Of a DNA stretch of 64,000 nucleotides, positions 51,301 to 60,636 are shown piece after piece. Source of the stretch: Acidobacteriota bacterium (GTDB lineage: Bacteria; Acidobacteriota; CAIWXX01); the NCBI GenBank assembly GCA_040755995.1, contig JBFMAF010000024.1, positions 192,001-256,000 of the forward strand, read 5' to 3'. A program made the position numbers and the translations under genes. The notes beneath the pieces are model-generated. The model worked only from the letters and a program-made list of their open reading frames with translations, did no database searches and was not told where the DNA came from. Position 1 is the first letter of the stretch. Every line of letters starts with the position of its first letter.

Positions 51301-52227
51301 GCGATCCCCATGGTCCGCTCTTACCACCGCGGTGAGCTCCGCGCGCTCGGGGCTCATCGCCACAATCGACAACAAGCACGCGACGCCGTCGAAATGCTCC
51401 TCCGGGTGGAACCTGAACGAAAGCCTCCCAGGCGCCGACTGTCTCACCGAATACGGCCCGGCCGTGGCTCCGGGCTCCGCGCTTGCGATGGCCAGCACAC
51501 GGTCGTCGTAGATCACATCGAACGACCCATACGACGGCCACACGCGCGCAGCGACGATCACACGCACGGAGAACTCCTCGCCTGCGGCCGTCTGGATCTT
51601 GCGCGGATCGAAGGCAACCGCCGCTCGCGCTGGAAGAACGTTTTGTACACTCGGCGCCGCGGTCGTCGGGACTGAAGGGGCCGGTGGGCTCGCACATCTC
51701 CGCTCCTCTGCGAGCACCGCTCCAGCACGCCCTCCGGCCGGCGCACCACCGCCAGCGACGGCCTCGAGTGGCTCCTCCATCGCTCGCAAGCGGATGGCGG
51801 CAATCTGGCGCTTCAAGAGGCCATGATCGTTGAAGGGATCCGTGCGGACGGCTTGCGCATACGCCTGGTATGCAGCCGCAAGCTGCTCCGAGCGCTCCAG
51901 CTCTTCGCCGCGCGCAATCAGAGCCTCCGCTCGCTGGGCGATGGCGGAAGCCAGAGCGGCCGAGTACTTCGGATCGCCTGGATCATGCTTCAGAGCTTCC
52001 TGCAGATACCCGATTGCATCCTCGTGCTGTTCAGCACGTTGCGCTCGCATCCCACTGTTGTAAGCACGCGACGCCGCGCACCCCGCGCTCGCGAGGAGCG
52101 CGAGTATCGTCAGCATGCACAAGCGGATACGGCGTCTTCTGGCAGATCCACCCGTGCCGCTGGGCCTCGCCGCGGACCTTTCGGCTCTCCCTACCCCTTC
52201 TGTCACCTCAGTCACATGTCCCCTCAT
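51202..52227 (-). CDS. Lipoprotein with TPR and cohesin-like domains (start uncertain; 3' end possibly disrupted)
   Basis: Lipobox LASAGC; TPR helices; GEEFSVRV.......FDVIYD..VL......G. Confidence 0.7.
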   Translation of the reverse strand: MRGHVTEVTEGVGRAERSAARPSGTGGSARRRRIRLCMLTILALLASAGCAASRAYNSGMRAQRAEQHEDAIGYLQEALKHDPGDPKYSAALASAIAQRAEALIARGEELERSEQLAAAYQAYAQAVRTDPFNDHGLLKRQIAAIRLRAMEEPLEAVAGGGAPAGGRAGAVLAEERRCASPPAPSVPTTAAPSVQNVLPARAAVAFDPRKIQTAAGEEFSVRVIVAARVWPSYGSFDVIYDDRVLAIASAEPGATAGPYSVRQSAPGRLSFRFHPEEHFDGVACLLSIVAMSPERAELTAVVRADHGDRAWYGGGPSSMARARPRNGATSIQDSTWQEMTR

Positions 52228-52233
52228 ATATAT

Positions 52234-52260
52234 AGTTTCGCGAGAAGGCCAATTCTCGCC
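52234..52260 (-). promoter_or_regulatory. Island motif copy 3 (divergent)
   Basis: Minus strand GGCGAGAATTGGCCTTCTCGCGAAACT, 19/27 identical to copy 2; T tract upstream, ATGAGGGGACATG downstream. Confidence 0.55.
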
Positions 52261-52407
52261 GGAGAAACAAAAAGAACTTTCCTGAGCAGAATCTGCAGCC
52301 GAAATTTGGCCCAGGGAATGGGCGCGCTTGTGGGAGGAAACGCCGGACTGTGCACTACCACTTGGCGCTAAGTTATGCATGACTATCATCTCCATCGCAC
52401 ACGATAC

Positions 52408-52436
52408 AATATAGTACTTGTGGAGACCTTTGTCAA
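52408..52436 (-). promoter_or_regulatory. Sigma70-type promoter
   Basis: TTGACA-17 nt-TATATT on the minus strand. Confidence 0.65.
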
Positions 52437-52854
52437 ATGCGATAAAGGCGCCCCGCGCAAGTTAGCACCATAGGGCGTATCGGCCTTTCGCTCCGCTGGT
52501 CGTGGGGGCTAATTCATAAATTAGGTTGCCAGCGGGCAACGACAACCATATACAACACTGTAGGTTCATTGTGGCTACCAATCATTCGGACGCTAGCCAT
52601 CTTCTCCTCCTGCAGGAATACGCGCAAAATACTACAACGCAGTCCGAGAACCTGTGACACGAATCACACGGGAAGGCGTCTGCGACCCACATTCATGGCC
52701 CTCGCGACGGCCCCCGATGATGGGGTTTCGCATCCGCGGTAGGGCGGCTCCCCGTGTCGACCCAGCGCAGATACTCCGGAGTCTACTCCTGATGCCGCGT
52801 GAGAAGATCGCTGAGGTACTGGTGCGAGTTCGCTGAATTCGGCAAGCAGTGCCT

Positions 52855-53649
52855 TCAGCTCGTCGATCGTTCGATTATCGCCTTCAGTCTCTCCGCCTGC
52901 CTCCGTAGCTCGCCGTTCGAATCGATGATCTTGCGGAGCTCGTCGAGTGCAGCATCGGGCTTGTTCGCGCCCAGGTATGCCAACGCCAGATAGTATCGAG
53001 CGCGTTCGAGAGACATTCCGGCGCTCGTTTCTGCGGCACGCTTCAACGGCCCAATTGCATCCGCGGCCTGACCCATGAGCACAAGAGAGACGCCCTGGTA
53101 GAAGTGCGCCTCAGCGTTCTCCGGGTCCAGCCTGGCTGTCACCTCCAGCTGTTTCGACGCGGACGCGTAGTCTTGTTTCAGGTACGAGGCCATGCCTTCA
53201 TCGAATGCCTCCCAGCCGCCGGCACCACGAAGCACTGGGCGGCTTGCTGGAGGTACATAGGCCGCCTTGGGCACGACCATCCCGGTCCAGAGCCTGGTCT
53301 CAGATCCTGATCCGCGGCCTGACAAGACGAAGTATGCTGTCACCGCCCCGCCGGCGACCAACAGAACGGAGGCTGCCAGTAGCGCCGCCCGCCCGCGCCA
53401 GGCCCATGCTGGCGGCATCCTTTGCGGCAGATCGACGGCTGGAATCTGCTCTGCCCGCGCTGCGCCGCGTAGCACGGCCTGGCGATGATTTCGCAGGGTC
53501 GCCATATGGGGGGCCATCGCGAACACCTCTTCGTGACAGTACGCGCATTCCCACATGTGATCGACGAAGGCCTCGCGCTCACCCTCGTCCAGCATGCCCA
53601 GCTCATAGCGGGTTATCAGCCGACCGACTGCAGGGTCAGTACATTTCAT
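52855..53649 (-). CDS. Zinc-finger (zf-HC2/ZAS) transmembrane anti-sigma factor with extracytoplasmic TPR
   Basis: HMWECAYC (HxxxCxxC); TM LAASVLLVAGGAVTAYFVL; VLRG; TPRs; directly downstream of the sigma gene. Confidence 0.88.
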   Translation of the reverse strand: MKCTDPAVGRLITRYELGMLDEGEREAFVDHMWECAYCHEEVFAMAPHMATLRNHRQAVLRGAARAEQIPAVDLPQRMPPAWAWRGRAALLAASVLLVAGGAVTAYFVLSGRGSGSETRLWTGMVVPKAAYVPPASRPVLRGAGGWEAFDEGMASYLKQDYASASKQLEVTARLDPENAEAHFYQGVSLVLMGQAADAIGPLKRAAETSAGMSLERARYYLALAYLGANKPDAALDELRKIIDSNGELRRQAERLKAIIERSTS

Positions 53650-53726
53650 AGGTCACTCCCTTCCTCTGGATCGAGAACCGCGATCTGTGCTGAAACGGCC
53701 TCTGCTCGGTCCCGGCACTATCGTCA

Positions 53727-54281
53727 TCATTGCGGCCTCCCAGAGAGTATCTCCCGCAGCGCCTTGCGGCACCGAAGCAGCCATTCGTCAACGCGGGCTC
53801 TCGGGGCCCCCAGACTCTCAGCCAGCTCCCGCACGCTCACCCCCTCGCATATTGCGAGAAGCAGCGCCCGGCACCGAGGCCTGCTCTCGCCCAGAAGCTC
53901 GATGGCGCGCCGGACTGCGGGGTACATCAGCGCGGCCTCGATCTGGGGCTCCTGCGACCTGCCCCGGTCAACGGACTCTGGATCGCCAGAATGCAGCTCC
54001 ACCTGTCGCCTCTTCCTTTGCCTCTCATAGTAGTAGTAATTGCCTATGATGTTTCGGAGCACAGCATCGGTATACTCCAGCAGCCCTTGGCGTGTCTGGA
54101 TTTCCGAGAAGTGCTCCTGGACCACCATCAATGTGTCATGTACGACGTCCTCTAAATCTCCCTCACTTACTTTAGATTTGGCGAGAAAGCGGTATCTTGC
54201 GCGCAAATACAAAAAAAGTTTCTCCCGGGCCTCCGGGTCGCCCGCCCGCGCCAGGTAGAAAAGGTCGGCGATCCTACCCAT
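53727..54281 (-). CDS. ECF-type RNA polymerase sigma factor
   Basis: ARAGD.EA.E.LF, DLEDVVHDT, LRN...NY (region 2); G.S.RELA..LG....V...L.RCR..LR (region 4). Confidence 0.9.
   Translation of the reverse strand: MGRIADLFYLARAGDPEAREKLFLYLRARYRFLAKSKVSEGDLEDVVHDTLMVVQEHFSEIQTRQGLLEYTDAVLRNIIGNYYYYERQRKRRQVELHSGDPESVDRGRSQEPQIEAALMYPAVRRAIELLGESRPRCRALLLAICEGVSVRELAESLGAPRARVDEWLLRCRKALREILSGRPQ
54175..54201 (-). promoter_or_regulatory. Island motif copy 4, inside the sigma CDS
   Basis: Minus strand CGCAAGATACCGCTTTCTCGCCAAATC, 22/27 identical to copy 2; T7 tract upstream, GTGAGGG downstream. Confidence 0.65.
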
Positions 54282-54612
54282 CGCAAGTCTGCTCTGTGGT
54301 CATCGCGTCTGATCTACCCTCCAGCAGGCCGGGGACCAGCGACTCCAACGGCGCTCCCGGGAGGCCGCAGCGGCGGCGGCGGACGCTCTCCTGTTCACAG
54401 CATTCCTCGGGGCATGGACAACGGCCGTATTCTAGCACCACTCGCGTGCCCCTGGTCGAACGAGCCTCGCCTCCTGGTCATCCTCGCTCCGGGCTGTTGG
54501 GGCCTGCTGCGGCGCATTGACAAGTGCGGCACATCTCTGGGAATCTAGGGACTGCAGGCGCGACTGGAGGTGTCGTTTGGAATCTGCGAGGTCGGGGCCC
54601 ACGCCGGAGGAC

Positions 54613-55491
54613 ATGCAGGCCGTCTCCGCGCGCCGTGAGCTGCGCCTTGCCCTCGCCTTCATGGTCCTCATCTGGGGAGCCGGCTACACCGTCGTCAAGG
54701 TCACGCTCCTGGAAATCGCACCCGCTAACATCGCCGCTGCGCGGGTATTGATCGCAACGCTCAGTCTGTTCCTGGTGCTCCGCGCGTCGGGCCGCAACGC
54801 CCGACTCGATATCCGCGCGGTCCCTATGATGGTGCTTCTCGGCTTCACGGGTGTCGCAGCAAACCAGCTTCTGTTCGTCGTCGGGCTGAACCTCACGGTC
54901 CCCTCTCATTCCTCGCTCGTCATCGCCACCGGTCCGGTCTGGGTGCTCCTGCTGGCGGTGGTGTTCCTGGACGAGCGGATCGGGCCGCAGAAGATCGCCG
55001 GCATCGTCCTGTCGTTCGCAGGGGTCGCCGCGCTCACCGTCCACTCCGACTTCAGCTTCGACCCGCATTATCTCGCAGGCGATCTCATCACCATGAGCGG
55101 CTCGTTCTCATTCGCGATCTTCACCGTCATCGGCAGGAAGACTGTACAGCGCTACGGAGTCCTGAAGTCCACGGCGTACTCGCATCTCTGCGGTGCACTG
55201 CTGCTTCTGCCCTTCGCCCTCATCATCCGGACTCCGAACCCGCGCCCCCTCACGGGTGTGGGCCTCTTCGGAGTGCTCTACCTCGCCATCCTCTCCTCCA
55301 CCGTCGCCTACCTCATCTTCAACCGCGGGCTGCGCGACCTTGGAGCCAGCAGCGTCGCGATCCTTAACTACTTCCAACCGCTCCTCGCGATCCTGATCTC
55401 GATCGCACTCGGCCAGGAGCCTCTCACGGCTCAGGTTTTCGCCGGCGGCGCCATGATCCTGGCCGGGATCTTTCTGGCGGAACGAGCCTGA
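54613..55491 (+). CDS. DMT/EamA-family transporter
   Basis: About ten TM segments; IWG....K, FLDERI, LGQEP motifs. Confidence 0.92.
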   Translation: MQAVSARRELRLALAFMVLIWGAGYTVVKVTLLEIAPANIAAARVLIATLSLFLVLRASGRNARLDIRAVPMMVLLGFTGVAANQLLFVVGLNLTVPSHSSLVIATGPVWVLLLAVVFLDERIGPQKIAGIVLSFAGVAALTVHSDFSFDPHYLAGDLITMSGSFSFAIFTVIGRKTVQRYGVLKSTAYSHLCGALLLLPFALIIRTPNPRPLTGVGLFGVLYLAILSSTVAYLIFNRGLRDLGASSVAILNYFQPLLAILISIALGQEPLTAQVFAGGAMILAGIFLAERA

Positions 55492-55493
55492 AC

Positions 55494-55952
55494 ATGAAGT
55501 TTCTCGCCGACTCCATGCTCGGTCGCCTCGCCCGATGGCTCCGCTTCGCCGGCATCGACTGCGCCTACCAGCCCAATCGGCGCGACGAGCCATTCCTGTC
55601 GCGCGCTCGCGCCGAAGGCCGGTTCATCCTCACACTCGATCGCGATCTCGCGGCCAAGGCCGGCTCGCTCGGCTTGCTCCTGCGGGCGTCGAACTACCTG
55701 GAGCAGCTTCGCGAGGTCTTCAAGAAGTTCCATCTGAGCGCCTGCCAGGCGCTCACACGGTGCGCCAACTGCAACGCCCCGCTCGCGCGCGTCGCGCGCG
55801 AGGACGTCTTCGCGCGCGTCCCGGCGCGAGTCTACGAGACAGCTCCCGCCTTCTACCTGTGTACCGGTTGCAGTCGCGTCTACTGGCCCGGCACTCACGC
55901 CGCGTCGATCGAGGAGCGAATCCGGCTTGCCTGCCAGCCCCCGCGCGAGTGA
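55494..55952 (+). CDS. Mut7-C RNase domain protein
   Basis: KFLADSMLGRLARWLR..G.D; RCANCN; CTGCSRVYWPGTH. Confidence 0.92.
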   Translation: MKFLADSMLGRLARWLRFAGIDCAYQPNRRDEPFLSRARAEGRFILTLDRDLAAKAGSLGLLLRASNYLEQLREVFKKFHLSACQALTRCANCNAPLARVAREDVFARVPARVYETAPAFYLCTGCSRVYWPGTHAASIEERIRLACQPPRE

Positions 55953-56055
55953 ATCCGGGCCGCTGATTGTGCCCCCCTCATCGCGTCTCCGCGTCGGATC
56001 GTGTAACGCCCACGGGCAGCCGCGGCAGCGCCCGACCCGGGCTACTGGAGCAGGG

Positions 56056-56616
56056 CTATTGGTACTCCGGGTTGGCCGGTACGAGGACGCGGAGCGAAAG
56101 CGAAGCGCTGGCGACGACCTTTCCGTCGCGGTTACGGAGCATCAGGCGGACGGAGTAGTTGCCCGGCTGATAAAAGTAGAAGTCGTTGCTGAACTCCCTC
56201 ACCATGGTGCTGGGCTGCGTCTGGTCCGCACACGGGCGGCTTCGGATCGATTTGTTGGTCTCGCGGTTGGTGAAGGTTTCGTACTGACGTTCGTACACCC
56301 ACTCTTCGGTCAGGCAATGGAGCGCCGGATCGGTGTCGGAGCCCCCTTCGAGCTTCGCCGTGATCGCGAATCGAGCCGGCGCGAAGAGGTTCTTCGAGCT
56401 CGACTCCATCTTGAGTTTCACCTTGTCGGCTGCTCCGACAGGCGCGGCGGCCGGAGGCAGAGCGAGTCCCACGGCCAGCAAAACCGGCCATCGTCTGGGC
56501 CCGCCGCGCCGGGTCCGTTGACTCGCCGGCCGCCCGTCCCCTACACTGTTCAATCTAGGCTCCGCGCGAGTGCATGAAGCGAAGGCGAGATCTGTGCATG
56601 TCTGACTGCCGACCAT
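56056..56616 (-). CDS. Hypothetical exported beta-rich protein (start uncertain)
   Basis: Signal-like VLLAVGLALPPAAA; PGNYSVRLML PKD-like tail. Confidence 0.55.
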   Translation of the reverse strand: MVGSQTCTDLAFASCTRAEPRLNSVGDGRPASQRTRRGGPRRWPVLLAVGLALPPAAAPVGAADKVKLKMESSSKNLFAPARFAITAKLEGGSDTDPALHCLTEEWVYERQYETFTNRETNKSIRSRPCADQTQPSTMVREFSNDFYFYQPGNYSVRLMLRNRDGKVVASASLSLRVLVPANPEYQ

Positions 56617-56766
56617 GGATCGATTCTACATGGTCCACCGAGGATTCTCAAACCACTCTCTACGCGAGGCGCGGTCAACGCAGCCTGGCATGGTTCAAAG
56701 GCCCGAGGCCGCGCCTCGCTGGTACTGTTGGACGGGGCGCCAGGATTCTGATGGAATAGGAACGGC

Positions 56767-57672
56767 ATGGAGAGACCAGGCTTGTTCGGGAAGCTGAAGG
56801 CGGGGCTGCAACGCAGCCGGGAGAAGGTAAAGGCATCAGTCGGGAGTCTCTTCGCAGGGCCCCGCAGGTTGGACCAGGCGTTTTTTGATGAGTTGGAGGA
56901 GCAGCTCATAGCGGCGGATGTGGGCGCGACTGCCTCGTCTCGCCTCGTGGCGGCGCTGCGTCAGAAGAAGTACGCCTCCGCGGACGAGGTGCTGGTGGAG
57001 CTGAAGCGCGAGATGGCGGCACTGCTCCTGCCCGCGCGGCCTCCGCAGGGGCCGCCGCCCCGATTGGTGATGTTCGTCGGCGTGAACGGCAGCGGCAAGA
57101 CGACGACGGTCGCCAAGGTGGGCCGGCTCTTGAAGGAGCAGGGATCGAGTGTTCTGCTCGTGGCGGCCGACACGTTTCGCGCGGCGGCGGGCGAGCAGAT
57201 CGAGATTTGGGCCGATCGCCTGGGCCTGCCGATCGTCCGGCAGGCTGCCGGAGCTGACCCGGCCGCGCTCGTCTACGACGGAATCAAGGCGGCCGAGGCG
57301 CGCGGGGCCGACTACATCCTCATCGACACGGCCGGCAGGATGCAGACGAAGAAGCATCTGATGGCGGAGCTCGGGAAGATGCGCCGCATCGCCTCTCGCG
57401 AGCTCCCCGGGGCGCCTCATGCCACCCTGCTTGTGCTCGACGCGACGGTCGGTCAGAACGGCCTGGTGCAGTGCCGCGAGTTCGGCCAGGCCGTGCCGCT
57501 CTCGGGCATCGTGCTCACCAAGGCGGACGGGACCGCGCGGGGAGGGATCGTGTTTTCCGTAGCCGAGGAGCTGCACCTTCCCGTAGAATACATAGGAGTA
57601 GGCGAGAAGGCAGAGGACCTGCTCCCGTTCTCGCCGGAGGGATTTGTGGAGGCGTTGTTTGAAAGCAGATAG
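56767..57672 (+). CDS. ftsY: SRP receptor FtsY
   Basis: GVNGSGKTTT; DTFRAAA; DTAGR; TKADGTARGG. Confidence 0.96.
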   Translation: MERPGLFGKLKAGLQRSREKVKASVGSLFAGPRRLDQAFFDELEEQLIAADVGATASSRLVAALRQKKYASADEVLVELKREMAALLLPARPPQGPPPRLVMFVGVNGSGKTTTVAKVGRLLKEQGSSVLLVAADTFRAAAGEQIEIWADRLGLPIVRQAAGADPAALVYDGIKAAEARGADYILIDTAGRMQTKKHLMAELGKMRRIASRELPGAPHATLLVLDATVGQNGLVQCREFGQAVPLSGIVLTKADGTARGGIVFSVAEELHLPVEYIGVGEKAEDLLPFSPEGFVEALFESR

Positions 57673-57679
57673 AACATCG

Positions 57680-58792
57680 TTGAGTTTCGATGAACGGATG
57701 ATGGCCGAGGCGCTTCGCCTGGCGAAGAAGGGCGAGGGGCAGGTCAGTCCCAATCCGCTGGTCGGAGCCGTGGTCGTGAAGAACGGCGAGGTGATCGCCA
57801 GAGGCTACCATCGGCGCGTTGGTGAACCGCACGCCGAGGTGATTGCGCTCGCGCAGGCCGGCGACCAGGCCCGCCAGTCGACCCTCTACGTGACGCTGGA
57901 ACCGTGCGCTCACCAGGGCCGAACGCCGCCGTGCGTCGATGCCATCATCAAGGCCGGAGTCGGGCGCGTGATCGCCGCCTTCCAGGACCCGAACCCGCTG
58001 GTCAACGGCGCGGGTTTCAAGCGACTGCGTGAGGCGGGGATCACTGTCGAGAAGGGCTGCCTGGAGCAGAAGGCGCGCGAGCTGAACGAAGTCTTCTTCA
58101 CGTTCACGACGCGGCGCCGCCCGTTCCTGATCGCAAAGGTGGCGATGAGCCTGGACGGCAAGATGGCCACCGCCACGGGCGAGTCCCGCTGGATCAGCGC
58201 CGGCGTGTCGCGGCACATGTCATTCAAACTCCGGCGGAGCGTAGACGCGATAATGGTCGGAGTCAACACGATCCTGGCTGACGACCCGCAGCTTCTCCGC
58301 GGACCCATCCGCGGACTGACGCTCCGCCCATTCACGCGCGTCATCCTCGACACCGAGCTTCGCACGCCGCCCTGGGCGAAGATCCTCAAGACCGCGCGGG
58401 CGCACCCGGTGCTGATATGTTGCGGGAGGAAGACCAATCCCAGGAGGCGCGTGGCGCTCGAGGGCAAGGGCGCAACTATCGTCCCGTGCAAGGAGCGCGG
58501 CGGGCGAGTCGACCTGGTTGCGGCCTGCGAGGATCTCGCCCGGCGCGAGATCGCTTCGGTGGTGATGGAAGGAGGCGCGGAGGTGCTGGGCACCGCGTTC
58601 GACCAGGGGCTGATCGACAAGGTCGTCTTCTTCATCGCGCCAAAAATCATCGGGGGCTCGCGCGCCCTCTCGCCTGTGGCCGGACGGGGCGCGCACCTGA
58701 TGAGCGACGCGATCCAGATTGCCGACGCGCGCTGGATGCGGTCCGGCTCCGACATCGTCGTCGTGGGTCACCCGAGGTACGGCGGGCGCTGA
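57680..58792 (+). CDS. ribD: Bifunctional deaminase/reductase RibD
   Basis: PNPLVG; HAE; TLEPCAHQGRTPPC; SLDGK; EGG. Confidence 0.96.
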   Translation: MSFDERMMAEALRLAKKGEGQVSPNPLVGAVVVKNGEVIARGYHRRVGEPHAEVIALAQAGDQARQSTLYVTLEPCAHQGRTPPCVDAIIKAGVGRVIAAFQDPNPLVNGAGFKRLREAGITVEKGCLEQKARELNEVFFTFTTRRRPFLIAKVAMSLDGKMATATGESRWISAGVSRHMSFKLRRSVDAIMVGVNTILADDPQLLRGPIRGLTLRPFTRVILDTELRTPPWAKILKTARAHPVLICCGRKTNPRRRVALEGKGATIVPCKERGGRVDLVAACEDLARREIASVVMEGGAEVLGTAFDQGLIDKVVFFIAPKIIGGSRALSPVAGRGAHLMSDAIQIADARWMRSGSDIVVVGHPRYGGR

Positions 58793-59424
58793 TGTTTTCC
58801 GGTATAATAGAGGCCGTGGGAAGCCTGGAATCGCTGGTGCGAACAGGCGCGGGCGCGCGGATGATCGTAGACGTCAGAGCGCTCGCGGTTCTACCCGCCC
58901 CCGGCGACAGCGTCGCCGTCGACGGGGCGTGTCTCACGGTGGAGCAGGTGAAGGGCACAAGGGTGGAGCTCGCGCTTTCGGAGGAGACGTTGCAGAAGAC
59001 GCGTTTCGCCGCCCTGCGGCGCGGCGCACGGCTGAACATCGAGCGGGCTGTGCGCGCGGACCAGGCGCTGCACGGGCACATCGTCACGGGGCACGTCGAC
59101 GGGATGGCGGATGTCGTCCGGGTGCAGCGCGGGCACGATTCTACGGTCGTAGAATTTTCGGTCGATCGACGCTTCGAGACGATGATCGTTCCGAAGGGAT
59201 CGGTCGCAATCAACGGGGTGAGTCTGACGGTGGCTTCGCTCTCGGGTCGGGCCTTTTCGGTGGCGCTGGTGCCCTACACGCTGCGCAACACCAACCTCCC
59301 CGACCTCTCGACGGGGGACAGGGCGCATTTCGAGGCGGACATCATCGGTAAGTACGTGCTGCGGTATCTGAGCACGCTGCCCATCACCCGGGACGATTTG
59401 CGGGAAAGGGGATTCGACGGTTAA
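58792..59424 (+). CDS. ribE: Riboflavin synthase (alpha chain)
   Basis: [30 protein letters not shown]. Confidence 0.95.
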   Translation: MFSGIIEAVGSLESLVRTGAGARMIVDVRALAVLPAPGDSVAVDGACLTVEQVKGTRVELALSEETLQKTRFAALRRGARLNIERAVRADQALHGHIVTGHVDGMADVVRVQRGHDSTVVEFSVDRRFETMIVPKGSVAINGVSLTVASLSGRAFSVALVPYTLRNTNLPDLSTGDRAHFEADIIGKYVLRYLSTLPITRDDLRERGFDG

Positions 59425-60635
59425 TGGGTGCATCGGTATTCAACACGATTGAAGAGGCCCTGGAGGACTTCAAGAAGGGCAAGGTCATCATCATCTGCGA
59501 TGACGAGGACCGTGAGAACGAAGGGGATCTGGCGCTGGCGGCCGAGAAGGTGACCCCCGAGATCATCAATTTCATGGCCAAGCATGGGCGCGGGTTGATC
59601 TGCATGCCGATGATGTCGGAGCGGCTCGACGAGCTCCGGATACCGCTGATGGTCTCCGACAACACCTCCCCTTACCAGACTGCGTTCTGCGTCAGTATCG
59701 AGGGCAAGAAGAGGGTTACCACAGGCATCTCGGCGTACGACCGGGCGCAAACGATCCTGACGGCGATCGATCCGGCCACACAGCCGGGCGACCTGAGCCG
59801 GCCCGGGCACATGTTCCCGCTGCGCGCGCGGCGCGGAGGGGTTCTCGAACGGGCCGGGCAGACGGAGGCTGTGATCGACATGTGCCGGATCGCGCGCATG
59901 TATCCGGCCGGGGTCATCTGCGAGGTGATGAACGAGGACGGCACGATGGCGCGCGTGCCGCAGCTGCGCGTTTTTGCGGAACATCACAAGGTCAAGATGA
60001 TCACAGTCGCGGACCTGATCAAGTACCGGATGCGCAACGAGACGATCGTGAGGCCGGTGGCGGAGGCGAAGCTGCCCACCAAGACCGGCCTCTTTGCGAT
60101 CAAGGTATTCGAGAACATCGTCAGCCATGAGACTCACATCGCGCTGGTGATGGGCGACCTTGCCGGCGCCGGGCCGGTGCTCGTGCGAGCCCACAGCCAG
60201 TGCCTGACTGGGGACGTCTTCATGTCGGCGCGGTGCGACTGCGGCGACCAGCTCAGGAAGGCGATGGAGGCGATAGGGAAGGAGGGCCGCGGCGTGATCT
60301 TGTACATGAGCCAGGAGGGTCGTGGCATCGGGCTCGTGAACAAGATCAAGGCCTATCACCTGCAGGACAACGGGGTGGACACGGTCGAGGCCAACGAGCA
60401 TCTGGGCTTCAAGCCCGACCAGCGCGACTACGGTGTCGGCGCGCAAATCCTGCGCAGCCTCGGCGTTACGCACATGCGCCTGCTCACCAACAATCCTCGC
60501 AAGTTTGTCGCGATGGAGGGCTACGGGCTGAAGATCGTCGAGCGGGTGCCGATAGAGATCCCACCGTCGGATGCGACGAGGAAGTACCTGAAGACCAAGA
60601 AAGAGAAGCTCGGTCACTTGCTGTCGAAGGTGTAG
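59424..60635 (+). CDS. ribBA: DHBP synthase / GTP cyclohydrolase II
   Basis: [20 protein letters not shown]...[17 protein letters not shown]. Confidence 0.97.
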   Translation: MGASVFNTIEEALEDFKKGKVIIICDDEDRENEGDLALAAEKVTPEIINFMAKHGRGLICMPMMSERLDELRIPLMVSDNTSPYQTAFCVSIEGKKRVTTGISAYDRAQTILTAIDPATQPGDLSRPGHMFPLRARRGGVLERAGQTEAVIDMCRIARMYPAGVICEVMNEDGTMARVPQLRVFAEHHKVKMITVADLIKYRMRNETIVRPVAEAKLPTKTGLFAIKVFENIVSHETHIALVMGDLAGAGPVLVRAHSQCLTGDVFMSARCDCGDQLRKAMEAIGKEGRGVILYMSQEGRGIGLVNKIKAYHLQDNGVDTVEANEHLGFKPDQRDYGVGAQILRSLGVTHMRLLTNNPRKFVAMEGYGLKIVERVPIEIPPSDATRKYLKTKKEKLGHLLSKV

Positions 60636-60636
60636 C

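Noticed and set aside
51301..51697. N-terminal 130 aa of the 1731-aa ORF
   Set aside because: Arg-rich off-frame read of the cohesin-like domain; not Rhs-like.
42216..54281. Type III-E CRISPR (Craspase) or SAVED-CHAT defence locus
   Set aside because: No Cas7-11, Cas10, SAVED domain or array in the window; only the CHAT-plus-sigma analogy holds.
56620..57700. FMN riboswitch for the rib genes, or SRP RNA near ftsY/ffh
   Set aside because: ribD follows ftsY directly, and I saw no recognisable RFN or SRP RNA motifs. An Infernal scan would be definitive.
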